From assembly GCA_001794755.1 (NCBI GenBank), contig MGKT01000006.1:115045-179044 (forward strand): 64,000 nucleotides of DNA, read 5' to 3'. Under the pieces are notes generated by a model that did not search any database, was not told the DNA's origin, and saw only the letters and a program-made list of their open reading frames with translations. The stretch comes from Candidatus Yanofskybacteria bacterium RIFCSPLOWO2_02_FULL_44_18 (lineage in GTDB: Bacteria; Patescibacteriota; Minisyncoccia; 2-02-FULL-40-12; GWA2-44-9). Both the position numbers and the translations under genes were made by a program. This document shows positions 38,067 to 47,092 of the stretch, piece after piece. The number at the start of each line of letters is the position of its first letter. The stretch's first letter is position 1.

Positions 38067-38452
38067 GAATAAAAATATGTCTAATCTGCGTGTTAGTGAG
38101 CGGACTGTGGCTTATATTGAGCGCGGGTATCGCCTGGAGCTTTCTTGCCGCTGATAAATTAATCATTCCGATTTCATTGCTCATGGGCGGCACGGTTATC
38201 GGCATTTCCGATATGGGCCCAAAGAGATTGGCCTGGGCCAACCGCAAGTCTAGGTTATGGAAATTAATTATCATCGTCATCGGCTTTCCTTTGGCATATC
38301 TGGCTGTGACAAACATATCCGTCCCGGTTGTTATCGCCGATTTTATATTCCTTCTGGTAATCGCCTCCTTGTTTTTCATTAAGAGAGAACCCGAACATTC
38401 TTTACAAGAGAATGTCCGGAAAATAGAAAAACAAATGGAAGAATGCTGTTAA
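38063..38452 (+). CDS. Hypothetical membrane protein (ends EECC)
   Basis: About 129 aa, 4 TM; translationally coupled (ATGA) to upstream gene. Confidence 0.45.
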   Translation: MRIKICLICVLVSGLWLILSAGIAWSFLAADKLIIPISLLMGGTVIGISDMGPKRLAWANRKSRLWKLIIIVIGFPLAYLAVTNISVPVVIADFIFLLVIASLFFIKREPEHSLQENVRKIEKQMEECC

Positions 38453-39091
38453 ATGAAAAAATATATCATAGGAACATTGGCTCTCGCCTCCGGATTTGCA
38501 CTTTTTTGGATATGGCTGGGCGGGGTTGGTATTGAGATTAAGACAGCAGGCGTAAGATTGCCTTTTTCTCTGGCTGATATCGGGCCGAAATTAATTGAGT
38601 TGGGCGTTATTGATGAAAACAAATATTCGAGCCCCTATTTAACCAGACAGTACGCACCTCTGGAAATATCAAGCGAAAACAGCCGAGATATCCTAAACAT
38701 ATTATGGGGTTTCGGACTGGCGAACAAAAATGAAATACTAGAAACGGGCCCAATGGCGGATCCCAAATACGGCGGGCCGGAAGGATTTGCCTCCACCGGC
38801 GGCTGGACAATCGGCACTAACCATCCCATGTCTCACTATTCAAAACACGATATTGTGACGCTGAACGCCCAACAGCAGAAGCTAGTGAATTCTGTTTCCA
38901 AAAGAATATTCCGGCCCTGCTGTCCCAATCCCGCTTACTTTCCCGATTGCAACCACGGTATGGCCATGCTTGGCCTCCTGGAATTGATGGCCCACAACGG
39001 TCTGGATGAAAAAAATATGGAACAATACGCGCACAAAGTAAATGAAATGTGGTTTCCCGAGTTAAGGCAAAATTCGAGCTGCGCGGTATAA
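38453..39091 (+). CDS. Hypothetical Cys-containing exported protein
   Basis: N-terminal TM; C-terminal CCPNPAYFPDCNHG motif. Confidence 0.5.
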   Translation: MKKYIIGTLALASGFALFWIWLGGVGIEIKTAGVRLPFSLADIGPKLIELGVIDENKYSSPYLTRQYAPLEISSENSRDILNILWGFGLANKNEILETGPMADPKYGGPEGFASTGGWTIGTNHPMSHYSKHDIVTLNAQQQKLVNSVSKRIFRPCCPNPAYFPDCNHGMAMLGLLELMAHNGLDEKNMEQYAHKVNEMWFPELRQNSSCAV

Positions 39092-39095
39092 TTAT

Positions 39096-39124
39096 ATGAC
39101 AAAGCTTGACATGTTTGGTATAAT
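39096..39124 (+). promoter_or_regulatory. Strong sigma-70-type promoter (ATGACA-17-TGgTATAAT)
   Basis: -35 atgaca, 17-nt spacer, extended -10 tggtataat. Confidence 0.55.
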
Positions 39125-39148
39125 AAAAATAAGAGGGAGGTGGTTCAT

Positions 39149-39253
39149 TTGAAGAAGTGGATGTTGCGTGCGGTGGCTCATTGTTCGGAGGGCTGCTGTA
39201 CCAAGGGGCGGTGCTCCCGCCGCCCCGCTTTAAATTTAATTAAATTAAAATAA
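39149..39253 (+). CDS. Cys-rich micro-ORF (35 aa, TTG start) in a GC-rich patch; leader peptide or small metal-binding peptide
   Basis: SD gagggaggtgg 6 nt upstream; MKKWMLRAVAHCSEGCCTKGRCSRRPALNLIKLK; stop TAA then T then ATG of next gene. Confidence 0.3.
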   Translation: MKKWMLRAVAHCSEGCCTKGRCSRRPALNLIKLK

Positions 39254-39254
39254 T

Positions 39255-39509
39255 ATGATTAATACAAAACATTTATTAAAAGTGTCGTCAGCTTGGATTT
39301 CGATTGTCTATATTATCTGCTTTGTCGGTGTGGCCATGTTCCCAAGCATCAGAACAGATTTTATGACATACGGCTTGCATACGAGAATGATGCTGGGCGA
39401 TAATCTGGTAACATTGAACACGTTTATTTCCGGTTTAATTATCTGGAATATTATAGGATTGCTTGGAGTATGGCTTTTTGCCGTGCTATTCAACGGAATT
39501 AAAAAGTAA
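39255..39509 (+). CDS. Small membrane protein (84 aa)
   Basis: 2-3 TM; coupled to upstream micro-ORF. Confidence 0.5.
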   Translation: MINTKHLLKVSSAWISIVYIICFVGVAMFPSIRTDFMTYGLHTRMMLGDNLVTLNTFISGLIIWNIIGLLGVWLFAVLFNGIKK

Positions 39510-39537
39510 CATCCGGGCTTAATCGCTAATCAAAAAA

Positions 39538-39578
39538 CCGTCCTGAGTTTGGCGAAGGGCGGTTTTTTGATTCTTAGA
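39538..39578. terminator. Bidirectional rho-independent terminator
   Basis: aaaaaaccgtcc-tgagtttggcgaa-gggcggtttttt. Confidence 0.65.
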
Positions 39579-39789
39579 GTCTTTCCAATGTTTTCAGAGT
39601 GCGTTCGGGAAAATATAGAAATAACAGGCCGATAATAATGCCAATTACCGCCGTAATGACATGGCCGCCGCCAAAAAGCCAATTATCAAGCAAGTCCAGC
39701 AAAATCCATATCCCCCGCCAGACCAGGACCAAGCCGATGGCGATAATGATACTTTTACTGAAATAGTGGAGTCCGAAGTTATTGGCCAT
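39574..39789 (-). CDS. Small membrane protein (71 aa)
   Basis: Two TM helices. Confidence 0.45.
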   Translation of the reverse strand: MANNFGLHYFSKSIIIAIGLVLVWRGIWILLDLLDNWLFGGGHVITAVIGIIIGLLFLYFPERTLKTLERL

Positions 39790-39869
39790 GCTTATATTTT
39801 AAATAATCCCCACATTTTTACAATACCATGCTCATCCAATTTTTATTTTCCTTCTGTTATCATTGAATA

Positions 39870-40634
39870 ATGCGAAAAATTATAATTTTGTCTGCCTTGG
39901 TTGTGGCGGCCGCGGTTATGGGTTTTATTACGATAGCGGACGATATCGGCGAAATACCGTTATCCGAACCCATTTCATCTTCTTCGCCATCGCCGGCATA
40001 TTCCGTACAGCCGACGAAAAGTGTCAGCCCGACCCCCGTATCCGAAGCGAACATATTAATCCGCAATGTTCCCTTTACGCCCCAAGCTCCGACCGGTAAT
40101 TGGAGCGATGAAAGACAGCAAGACGGCTGCGAGGAATCCTCGGCATTGATGGCCGTGGCCTGGGCCAAAAATGAAAAATTACCGACATCGGCTGAAGTCG
40201 AAAAAAAGATTATAGCAATATCAAATTACGAGCAGCAGATATACGGAGAATTTCACAGCACCAACGTCAGCGATACTGTCGAAAGAATATTCAAAGGATA
40301 CTTAAAGTATAACAATGTCGAGGCTAGATATAATATTGATAAAAATGACATAATTGATGAGTTAAAAAAAGGAAATCTCGTAATCGTGCCCTTGAACGGA
40401 CAAAAAATAGGAAACCCCTATTACACGCCGCCGGGACCCTTGGAGCATGAGCTTGTCATCAAGGGATACGATCCGGCCAAAGACCAGTTCATAACAAACG
40501 ACCCAGGAACAAGACGCGGTGAAAATTACCATTATCCGGCAAACACGCTCATGGCCGCCATATACGACTACCCGACCGGGCACAGAGAACCCGTTTCCAG
40601 AATAATCAAAGCGATGATTGTGGTATCAAGGTGA
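39870..40634 (+). CDS. Peptidase C39-like (papain-fold) domain protein, secreted
   Basis: Signal/TM, S/P linker, then NVPFTPQAPTGNWSDERQQDGCEESSALMAVAW typical of Peptidase_C39_2. Confidence 0.6.
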   Translation: MRKIIILSALVVAAAVMGFITIADDIGEIPLSEPISSSSPSPAYSVQPTKSVSPTPVSEANILIRNVPFTPQAPTGNWSDERQQDGCEESSALMAVAWAKNEKLPTSAEVEKKIIAISNYEQQIYGEFHSTNVSDTVERIFKGYLKYNNVEARYNIDKNDIIDELKKGNLVIVPLNGQKIGNPYYTPPGPLEHELVIKGYDPAKDQFITNDPGTRRGENYHYPANTLMAAIYDYPTGHREPVSRIIKAMIVVSR

Positions 40635-40770
40635 TATTTTTCTCACGGTATATTCATGCAGTTGGGGTAATAATATGGGGAGTAATATTGATGCGGTTAA
40701 TTCGTCTTTATATACAGGTCGAGGACGAAAAACAATAACCTAGCGCGTTTGAACAACGCGCTAAAAACAA

Positions 40771-41349
40771 ATGAGATCATTAGCAACTGCTTTGCTCATC
40801 ATTGCCGTCATATGGGGCGGATGGTATGTATGGTCCCAGCGCGGGAATGATGAAACGGCGGTAGCCACAGAAACGCCATCGCCGACATTCTTCAGGGGTG
40901 AAGGAGGGCAAGATATAGAAAATGAGTCTGTTCCTTTTGATCAGGATATGGAAAGTCCTGTTCCAACGCCCACGCCGATTGTTATATTTCGGACTGTGAC
41001 TCCACAACCGACCCCAACGCCTGTGTTGGCCTTCAGAGCCGTAAGTTCACTGAATGGATCGGGCCAATTTGGAGTAGCTTTGATATCAGCCGACGTGAAC
41101 GGCAATGCCAAAGTCTGGTTCAATGTAAACGGTTCGCCGGCGGGAGTTTTGCAACCTGCATTCATATATTTAGGCACTAACTGTATGACTGCGGATGTTC
41201 TTGGATTCAGACTGGAACCGCTCTTCGACGGCAGTTCCACGACAACGCTAAATATTAAGGCCTCCAATCTTTTGGCCGGAAATTATGTAATTGTGATACA
41301 TAAATCGGCTGATGAAATGGAAACCAGATTCGCTTGTGCCCAAATATAG
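40771..41349 (+). CDS. Secreted hypothetical protein with TP-rich linker
   Basis: N-terminal TM/signal; PTPTPIV...PQPTPTP. Confidence 0.5.
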   Translation: MRSLATALLIIAVIWGGWYVWSQRGNDETAVATETPSPTFFRGEGGQDIENESVPFDQDMESPVPTPTPIVIFRTVTPQPTPTPVLAFRAVSSLNGSGQFGVALISADVNGNAKVWFNVNGSPAGVLQPAFIYLGTNCMTADVLGFRLEPLFDGSSTTTLNIKASNLLAGNYVIVIHKSADEMETRFACAQI

Positions 41350-41388
41350 CAATTTAAAACCACCGGCATTTCTGCCGGCGGTTTTAAA

Positions 41389-42387
41389 TTATCTCGCCTG
41401 GCTTTTCCACCAAGACACTATATACGTCGCCGTTTCGCTCACTTTCAAAGCGGTTGTGGAATTTCCAGTCCGAACAAAAAAGTTCTCGCTATCATCGGCC
41501 CGAAGATATGCCGGCTTATCCGCCGGATACACGCTAACCAAACAAACATCTTTCTCTTTAATATTTTCAAACTTCATATGGACATAGCGGCGGAAATCAG
41601 CCCCCACTGACTGCATGAATATATTATTGAAATGATTTTCGAATCCGTCGCGATTAGGTTTGCCCAAGGATTTGTAATCATTCTCCACGCCTTCAACTTC
41701 GCCAAAGTCACTGACTCCGATTATCAACTGTCCGCCTTCTGAATTTAAAAATGCGGTCACGGTTTTTAAAACTCCTCTCTCCAAATTTTTATTGACTCGG
41801 TTTTCTCTGACATCCCATCTGAATGTTGATTTGAATTCAAGCTTCGAGTGCTCCCCTAAATTCAGCAATTCCGGAATATTTTCGGAAAATTTTATTTCTG
41901 TGGAGTCGCGGCGCAGAATTTTCAAAACAGATTCAATTGAATTTCTGTATGTTTTCGGATTGGCGACCATCGGCATTGATATGATATTCTCTGTGCCATC
42001 TTCTCGAATCATTATTTTCCCGTACGGCACAAGCCAGGAAAGAAGGCCCTCGGACATAAACACGGAAACGGGGTGGGATATTTTTTTAATCGTTCTCTTT
42101 CTCAATATCATGCCCCAAGCGTGAACCACCTTGTCGTTACTGACATAATATCTGTCCCGAGACCAGCGCAGAAATACGATGATGAATATCAATGCTTCGA
42201 CAAAAACGATGCCGGCCAACTGGGCAATCTGATACGGAAGAAACGCCGTTAAATTGAATTGCCTGTATATCTGGGCATAGTTCGTTAAAATGGCCAGCAT
42301 GAAGAAGATGGCCACGGCTAAACCTTCTATGACAAGAAAGTTTCTCAATATTACAATCGGGCTTATTTTTATTACTATCTGTCTCAT
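41389..42387 (-). CDS. Membrane-anchored bPH_2 (YdbS/T-like PH) plus AlbA_2/Schlafen-like putative DNA-binding domain protein
   Basis: Two N-terminal TM, then PH-like segment; C-terminal EHSKLEFKSTF...VTAFLNSEGGQLIIGVSDFGEVEGV matches AlbA_2 (PF04326)-type motif. Confidence 0.55.
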   Translation of the reverse strand: MRQIVIKISPIVILRNFLVIEGLAVAIFFMLAILTNYAQIYRQFNLTAFLPYQIAQLAGIVFVEALIFIIVFLRWSRDRYYVSNDKVVHAWGMILRKRTIKKISHPVSVFMSEGLLSWLVPYGKIMIREDGTENIISMPMVANPKTYRNSIESVLKILRRDSTEIKFSENIPELLNLGEHSKLEFKSTFRWDVRENRVNKNLERGVLKTVTAFLNSEGGQLIIGVSDFGEVEGVENDYKSLGKPNRDGFENHFNNIFMQSVGADFRRYVHMKFENIKEKDVCLVSVYPADKPAYLRADDSENFFVRTGNSTTALKVSETATYIVSWWKSQAR

Positions 42388-42851
42388 TTAATATTCTTAA
42401 AATCCCGTATTACCTCTTCAGCGTGAATCTCGGGTTTGACGTTCTCGTATATCTTGAATATTTTTCCGCCGGGAGCGATTAAAAAAGAGGTTCTCATGAT
42501 GCCCATATACTCCTTGCCCATAAATTTCTTTTTGGCCCAGACTCCGTATTTTTTTATGACTCCCTTTTTCTCGTCTGCCAGTAAAGTGAACGGCAAACCG
42601 TATTTATCCCTGAATTTTTTGTGGCTTTTGACCGAATCCGCGCTTATTCCAAGAACCGTGATTTTCAGTTTCTTGAAATCTGGCAGATTATCTCTAATCA
42701 TGCAAGCCTCTTTGGTGCATCCCGGCGTGTCGTCTTTGGGATAGAAATAAAGCAAAACCCATTTGTCTTTGTAATCTTTCAGAGAATGCGATTTTCCGTC
42801 CTGGTCTGAAAGTTTAAATTCCGGCGCTTTGGATTTGATTTTTAGTTTCAT
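42384..42851 (-). CDS. bcp: Peroxiredoxin (Bcp/PrxQ-type thiol peroxidase)
   Basis: WVLLYFYPKDDTPGCTKEAC motif; start at internal Met of ORF 42384..42893. Confidence 0.85.
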   Translation of the reverse strand: MKLKIKSKAPEFKLSDQDGKSHSLKDYKDKWVLLYFYPKDDTPGCTKEACMIRDNLPDFKKLKITVLGISADSVKSHKKFRDKYGLPFTLLADEKKGVIKKYGVWAKKKFMGKEYMGIMRTSFLIAPGGKIFKIYENVKPEIHAEEVIRDFKNIK

Positions 42852-42941
42852 AAAATGAAGCTGATTTGCCAGTAAAAGGCATTTTAAGGCCATTTTATCA
42901 AAAATTAACCCTAGCTTCTATTGCTTCTAATTATACCGCAA

Positions 42942-44240
42942 TTATTCACCGCTAAACATTGGGATGCCCAAGCGCCTTCTTTTAGTTTCACCCAGAAACA
43001 TATTTTGCTTGCGTTCCGGTATATCGCCCCGATCTCCAAGATGTTGACTGTATTTATTGGCCAGAAAGCTCGATGCGAGATAGAGCTTGTGCTTGCCGTA
43101 CTTTTTATTGACCGCATCCACGGCCTCATAGAGTTTTTTCTTTTCAGTCATCTTTATGGCATCGCCGAATAAATCTAATTGGGCTGTCTCATCTTCTTGA
43201 AGCCCCAGTAATATTACACTCGTAGCCCGATACTCTGTCTTCGAATAAAAAAATTCGTCGAAATGCTCGTCAGCCAATTTAATTAGGTCAGCTGGAATGG
43301 CCGTTAAGCGAGAAAGCTTTAACTCTAAGCCGGTATGCCTGAAATCTTGCTGTCTAAGATAAAAGGCCACCCCGCTGGCCGCAAGGTTATACCGCCTGGC
43401 TTTGATGCAGGCATTTTCAATATTTTTTGAAAGCTGGGAAAAAACATACTTTCTGTCCCTAGAAGGCGGAGTAAACGTTTTGGTCTTTCCGATAGTGTAA
43501 TAGTTAGTTTTAGGTTCGGTTTCTAACTGAAAGACATACTCGCCATTCAGTTCTCGCCAGATCTCTTGAAAAGGCTTGCTCAAATTTGTCTTGATCCAAT
43601 CCCAATGTTTCCTCGCAAAATGCAGTGCAGTAAAAATTCGATGCCGTTCTAAAAAAGAAGCCGTATTAGAGCCGATGCCCCAAATCTTTACGGCCGGCAG
43701 CTTCTCGAGATAGGTTGGAATGTTTTGATAAGGAATGATGGTTAGACCCGATGGCTTTTTCCATTTTGAACCAAGCTTAGCGATAGATTTATTGACTCCT
43801 AAGCCGACAGAGAAGGTAAAACCTAAAGCAGCATCCAAGTCTCGTTTAATAGATTCTGCGATTTCAGGATAACCCATTTGTAGCGTCCGCCGCATGCCTG
43901 TTATATCAGCAAAGCATTCATCAATTGAATATTCTTCAACTTCAGGAGTATATCGCCTGACTATCATAAAAAAACGCTTTGATAGCAGGCTATATGTTTC
44001 ATAATCAGAAGGAAGCATAACTACACCAGGACAAGTCTTCTTGATTTCGTGTAGACTCATTCCACGAGTTATACCAAGAGCCTTAGCTTCATAGCTTATT
44101 GAAGCGGCTATGCCGCGCTCCTTGCCCGTTATCACGGGCTTGCCTTGTAATTTAGGATTGCGAGCCTGCTCGCAACTAGCAAAGAAGGCGTCGCCATCAA
44201 TATGAATTATTGCACGGGGAAAAGAGCTTATATGAGACAT
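42942..44240 (-). CDS. Y-family translesion DNA polymerase (UmuC/DinB-like)
   Basis: IIHIDGDAFFASCEQ, GIGS..A motifs of the ImpB/MucB/UmuC family. Confidence 0.85.
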   Translation of the reverse strand: MSHISSFPRAIIHIDGDAFFASCEQARNPKLQGKPVITGKERGIAASISYEAKALGITRGMSLHEIKKTCPGVVMLPSDYETYSLLSKRFFMIVRRYTPEVEEYSIDECFADITGMRRTLQMGYPEIAESIKRDLDAALGFTFSVGLGVNKSIAKLGSKWKKPSGLTIIPYQNIPTYLEKLPAVKIWGIGSNTASFLERHRIFTALHFARKHWDWIKTNLSKPFQEIWRELNGEYVFQLETEPKTNYYTIGKTKTFTPPSRDRKYVFSQLSKNIENACIKARRYNLAASGVAFYLRQQDFRHTGLELKLSRLTAIPADLIKLADEHFDEFFYSKTEYRATSVILLGLQEDETAQLDLFGDAIKMTEKKKLYEAVDAVNKKYGKHKLYLASSFLANKYSQHLGDRGDIPERKQNMFLGETKRRRLGIPMFSGE

Positions 44241-44241
44241 A

Positions 44242-44820
44242 TTAAAATTTGTACTTTCTGATAACCGAGACTAAGACAGCCGCTACTTTAAGCTCTTCAT
44301 TCGGATATATCAACCCGTACTTTTTATTTGCCGCTTCAAGATATACTTTGCCATTCCTCTTCCTAAAATACTTCAGCGTCCATTCACGATCTATTTCAGC
44401 CAAGACAATATCGCCGTCTTTTGCCTGCCTGCCTCTTTCAACTAAGGCCATATCGCCGTCCATAATGCCTGCTCCACTCATTGAGTCGCCCTTCACCTTA
44501 AAGAGATAGGTCGCTTCTTTGTTTCGGATAAGATAGTCATCAAGGTTCATTGTGTTCGAAATTTCTTCTTCGGCCGGACTTGGCCAGCCAGCCGCTACGG
44601 TTCCCAGAATGGGCAATTCACTAAAGATGGCAGTGGGTAACAATCTACCGCTAGCATCTTTTCCTATGAGGCCTTGATCCAAAAGCTTGGCGGTAAATTT
44701 ATATGCAGGACTCTTAGATTTTAGACCAAAAAGCTTAACCAGTTCTCCGTAACTAGGCATTCGCTTGTGCTTTCGATAAAAGCTGATTAGTTGCTGGAAA
44801 CGGTCTTGAGACATAACCAC
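44242..44820 (-). CDS. lexA: LexA repressor (wHTH plus S24 peptidase)
   Basis: N-terminal HTH; AAG cleavage site; catalytic GDSM and LKYF...K. Confidence 0.85.
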   Translation of the reverse strand: MVMSQDRFQQLISFYRKHKRMPSYGELVKLFGLKSKSPAYKFTAKLLDQGLIGKDASGRLLPTAIFSELPILGTVAAGWPSPAEEEISNTMNLDDYLIRNKEATYLFKVKGDSMSGAGIMDGDMALVERGRQAKDGDIVLAEIDREWTLKYFRKRNGKVYLEAANKKYGLIYPNEELKVAAVLVSVIRKYKF

Positions 44821-44825
44821 AGTAT

Positions 44826-44843
44826 AGAGAACGTTCGTTCTCT
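44826..44843. promoter_or_regulatory. LexA operator, Cheo-type SOS box (GAAC-N4-GTTC)
   Basis: agAGAACGTTCGTTCTct palindrome directly upstream of lexA start. Confidence 0.7.
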
Positions 44844-44889
44844 GTCAATTTACATCTGTGGAAAAAGAGGATAAGAAGGATTCATGGCC

Positions 44890-45099
44890 CTAAGTACCAG
44901 GTATACAGCTTTCGTCCCTGTCACCAAGTCTTGGCTGCCGATAGTCAGAAATAATTTCACTGATCTTGATGCCCTTTTCTTTAAGGAACGGGAATAGAAC
45001 TTCTTTATCGAAGTTTATTGAAGGACGAATTTTGTAATGCTTACCGCCCTCGGCGGTAAAGTCATTTTGTAAGTCTACAGACAGAAATTGATATCTCAT
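44890..45099 (-). pseudogene. Isochorismatase-family hydrolase N-terminal fragment (probable gene remnant)
   Basis: FLSVDLQNDFTAEGG matches cysteine-hydrolase N-terminus, but ORF is only 69 aa and stops before the SOS box. Confidence 0.3.
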
Positions 45100-45419
45100 G
45101 TATTTTCTAAGGGGTAAATATCAAAAGCCACTTCTTCGTAGGGATGTACTTTCTTCATTGCCTCGACCACTTGTTCCAGTTTTGCTTTTTCGCATACAAA
45201 CTCAATTCGTTCTTCTTCAACAACTTCAGATTTTCCAACTTCTCCTATCATTGGGTTAGCTCCTTGTAACGGCAAGAAGCGACCCTGTCCTTTTGATGAG
45301 AAAGAACAATGACTATAGTTTCCAATTTTTCCAGCTCCAGCATCGCCGACAGCTTTTCTTACCGCGTCGGAGTGGATCTCTGGAACAAATACTACGATTT
45401 TTACTTTTTCAGTATTCAT
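45096..45419 (-). CDS. Hypothetical small alpha/beta protein (CutA/Nif3-like C-terminal motif HPYEE)
   Basis: 107 aa; KIVVFVP...VHPYEEVAFDIYPL. Confidence 0.4.
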   Translation of the reverse strand: MNTEKVKIVVFVPEIHSDAVRKAVGDAGAGKIGNYSHCSFSSKGQGRFLPLQGANPMIGEVGKSEVVEEERIEFVCEKAKLEQVVEAMKKVHPYEEVAFDIYPLENT

Positions 45420-46033
45420 GAATTATGTTGCTGTATTTTAAATACATGCGTTTCTTTTGGTGCTGATTCTTCTGATAGCTCTAGTAATTCAGAGTTCCCA
45501 AAATGGAACATGCTGAGTACTTCTTTCCAGTCCAAATTATAGTAGGCAGTATAAATCATTTTCCCGAAATCGCCATGTGTCACAAGTAGAATGTTCCCGG
45601 CTTTGTGTTTTGTCTTGAGTATGTCTAATAACTTATTCGCCCTTTCAATAAGTTGCGGGAATGTTTCAGCGCCATCAGGATTTAAAAAGTAGCAAATGGT
45701 ATCGGTTTGAAAAATATCAGGAGAGCAGACATCTTTTATAGTGTTCTGCAGTTTTCCGGTCATGATGCCGAAATCTCGCTCAATTAAATCAGCGAGTGGT
45801 TCTGGTTTTTTGATGTCTAGCGTATCCGTAATTATTTCGGCTGTTTTATATGCCCGCTGAAGTGGCGAAGTATAGACGTGGTCAAAATGGATACCCGTAT
45901 CTTTAATCTTGTTGGCCACTTCGTTGGCCTGTTCAATCCCCTTTTCAGATAGTGGCTCATCCCTTAAACCATTCAAAATACCATTTGCATTGTCTTTGTC
46001 TTGTCCATGTCGAGCTAAATAAATTTTGAGCAT
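45416..46033 (-). CDS. Histidine phosphatase (phosphoglycerate mutase family)
   Basis: LARHGQ catalytic RHG motif at N-terminus; 205 aa. Confidence 0.8.
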   Translation of the reverse strand: MLKIYLARHGQDKDNANGILNGLRDEPLSEKGIEQANEVANKIKDTGIHFDHVYTSPLQRAYKTAEIITDTLDIKKPEPLADLIERDFGIMTGKLQNTIKDVCSPDIFQTDTICYFLNPDGAETFPQLIERANKLLDILKTKHKAGNILLVTHGDFGKMIYTAYYNLDWKEVLSMFHFGNSELLELSEESAPKETHVFKIQQHNS

Positions 46034-46035
46034 AT

Positions 46036-46434
46036 TTATAGAAAATCTATTTGTTCCTTAGGGATATCCTTGGAAATAGCATAATCAGTTATTTCTTGAT
46101 AAGTCTTTTTGTCGTCTCGCTTAAAAACATAAATTCTGCCGCCTTCACCGTCGTCGGCACCAAAGGCACAGATGACCGTATCCCTATCATTAGCGAGCCA
46201 GCCATCCATATACCAAGGAGATGGACCCTCGTAATGTTTTATCATAGCTTTCTGGATTTCTTTGATTTGACTAAATGGAACTTGAACTTCAAGTAATTGA
46301 TTCCAATTAGGATCATCGGCAAATATTTGCAAAACTTTTTGAGGGAAATTTGCAATACAAGACTTATCAATTAATGCGCCCTCGACAACCCTTATCACAC
46401 ATTGTTCGTTTGGTTGTAATTCCATTACGGCCAT
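46036..46434 (-). CDS. Hypothetical protein
   Basis: 132-aa ORF in operon context. Confidence 0.45.
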   Translation of the reverse strand: MAVMELQPNEQCVIRVVEGALIDKSCIANFPQKVLQIFADDPNWNQLLEVQVPFSQIKEIQKAMIKHYEGPSPWYMDGWLANDRDTVICAFGADDGEGGRIYVFKRDDKKTYQEITDYAISKDIPKEQIDFL

Positions 46435-46543
46435 AATAGCTTAAAAACTGGGAGATTTAAAGATATGGCGACTCGATTATAAAACCACCGAATTCGGTGG
46501 TTTTATAATCTTGATTTTAACCCTACTCGGACGATTATATTTA

Positions 46544-47044
46544 CTATAATTCTCTAGTCCACACCTGGGAAAGTCTACCGCTTAATTCCGTAATAGTCCC
46601 AGCCCTTTCAAAACCAAGTTTATCATAAAATGGCCAGCTTTCTTTCCACCGATTAGCGCTTAATACCATCATCTCTGAGTAACCTTTCTGTCTACAAATC
46701 TCTATGATTTTATTCACCAGACTTTTGCCAACTCCCAGATTCTTTTCCAATACAAATAAAGAGTAGAGTTCTACTGAATTATCCGTCTTAGCAAGTGGCA
46801 ACAATCTGACATGTGGTTTTCTAGTTCCAATTACACCGATAACTTTTGTATTATTTTCAGCCACCAAATAGTAATAATCCGAACCCAAGCTTTCTTTTGT
46901 CTGGTCGACATAATCTTCGACTTTTTTGGTAAAATAATCTACATCTTCGTCCTTCGGACGACCAGACTCTTCATCAATATATGATTTAGAATAAATATTT
47001 CGTATTTCTGTTATATCTTCTTTTTTGACGTTTCTAATTTCCAT
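46544..47044 (-). CDS. GNAT family N-acetyltransferase
   Basis: LFVLEKNLGVGKSLVNKIIEICRQKGY acetyl-CoA-binding motif. Confidence 0.75.
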   Translation of the reverse strand: MEIRNVKKEDITEIRNIYSKSYIDEESGRPKDEDVDYFTKKVEDYVDQTKESLGSDYYYLVAENNTKVIGVIGTRKPHVRLLPLAKTDNSVELYSLFVLEKNLGVGKSLVNKIIEICRQKGYSEMMVLSANRWKESWPFYDKLGFERAGTITELSGRLSQVWTREL

Positions 47045-47092
47045 ATTATAAAACTTTGACGCTCCTCGGAAGCCTAACCTGTCTCAACGTAG

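Noticed and set aside
39114-39132. TTGACA at 39108-39113 paired with TATAAT at 39119-39124 as a promoter
   Set aside because: The spacer is far too short (about 5-7 nt). ATGACA at 39096-39101 gives a proper 17-nt spacing to the same -10.
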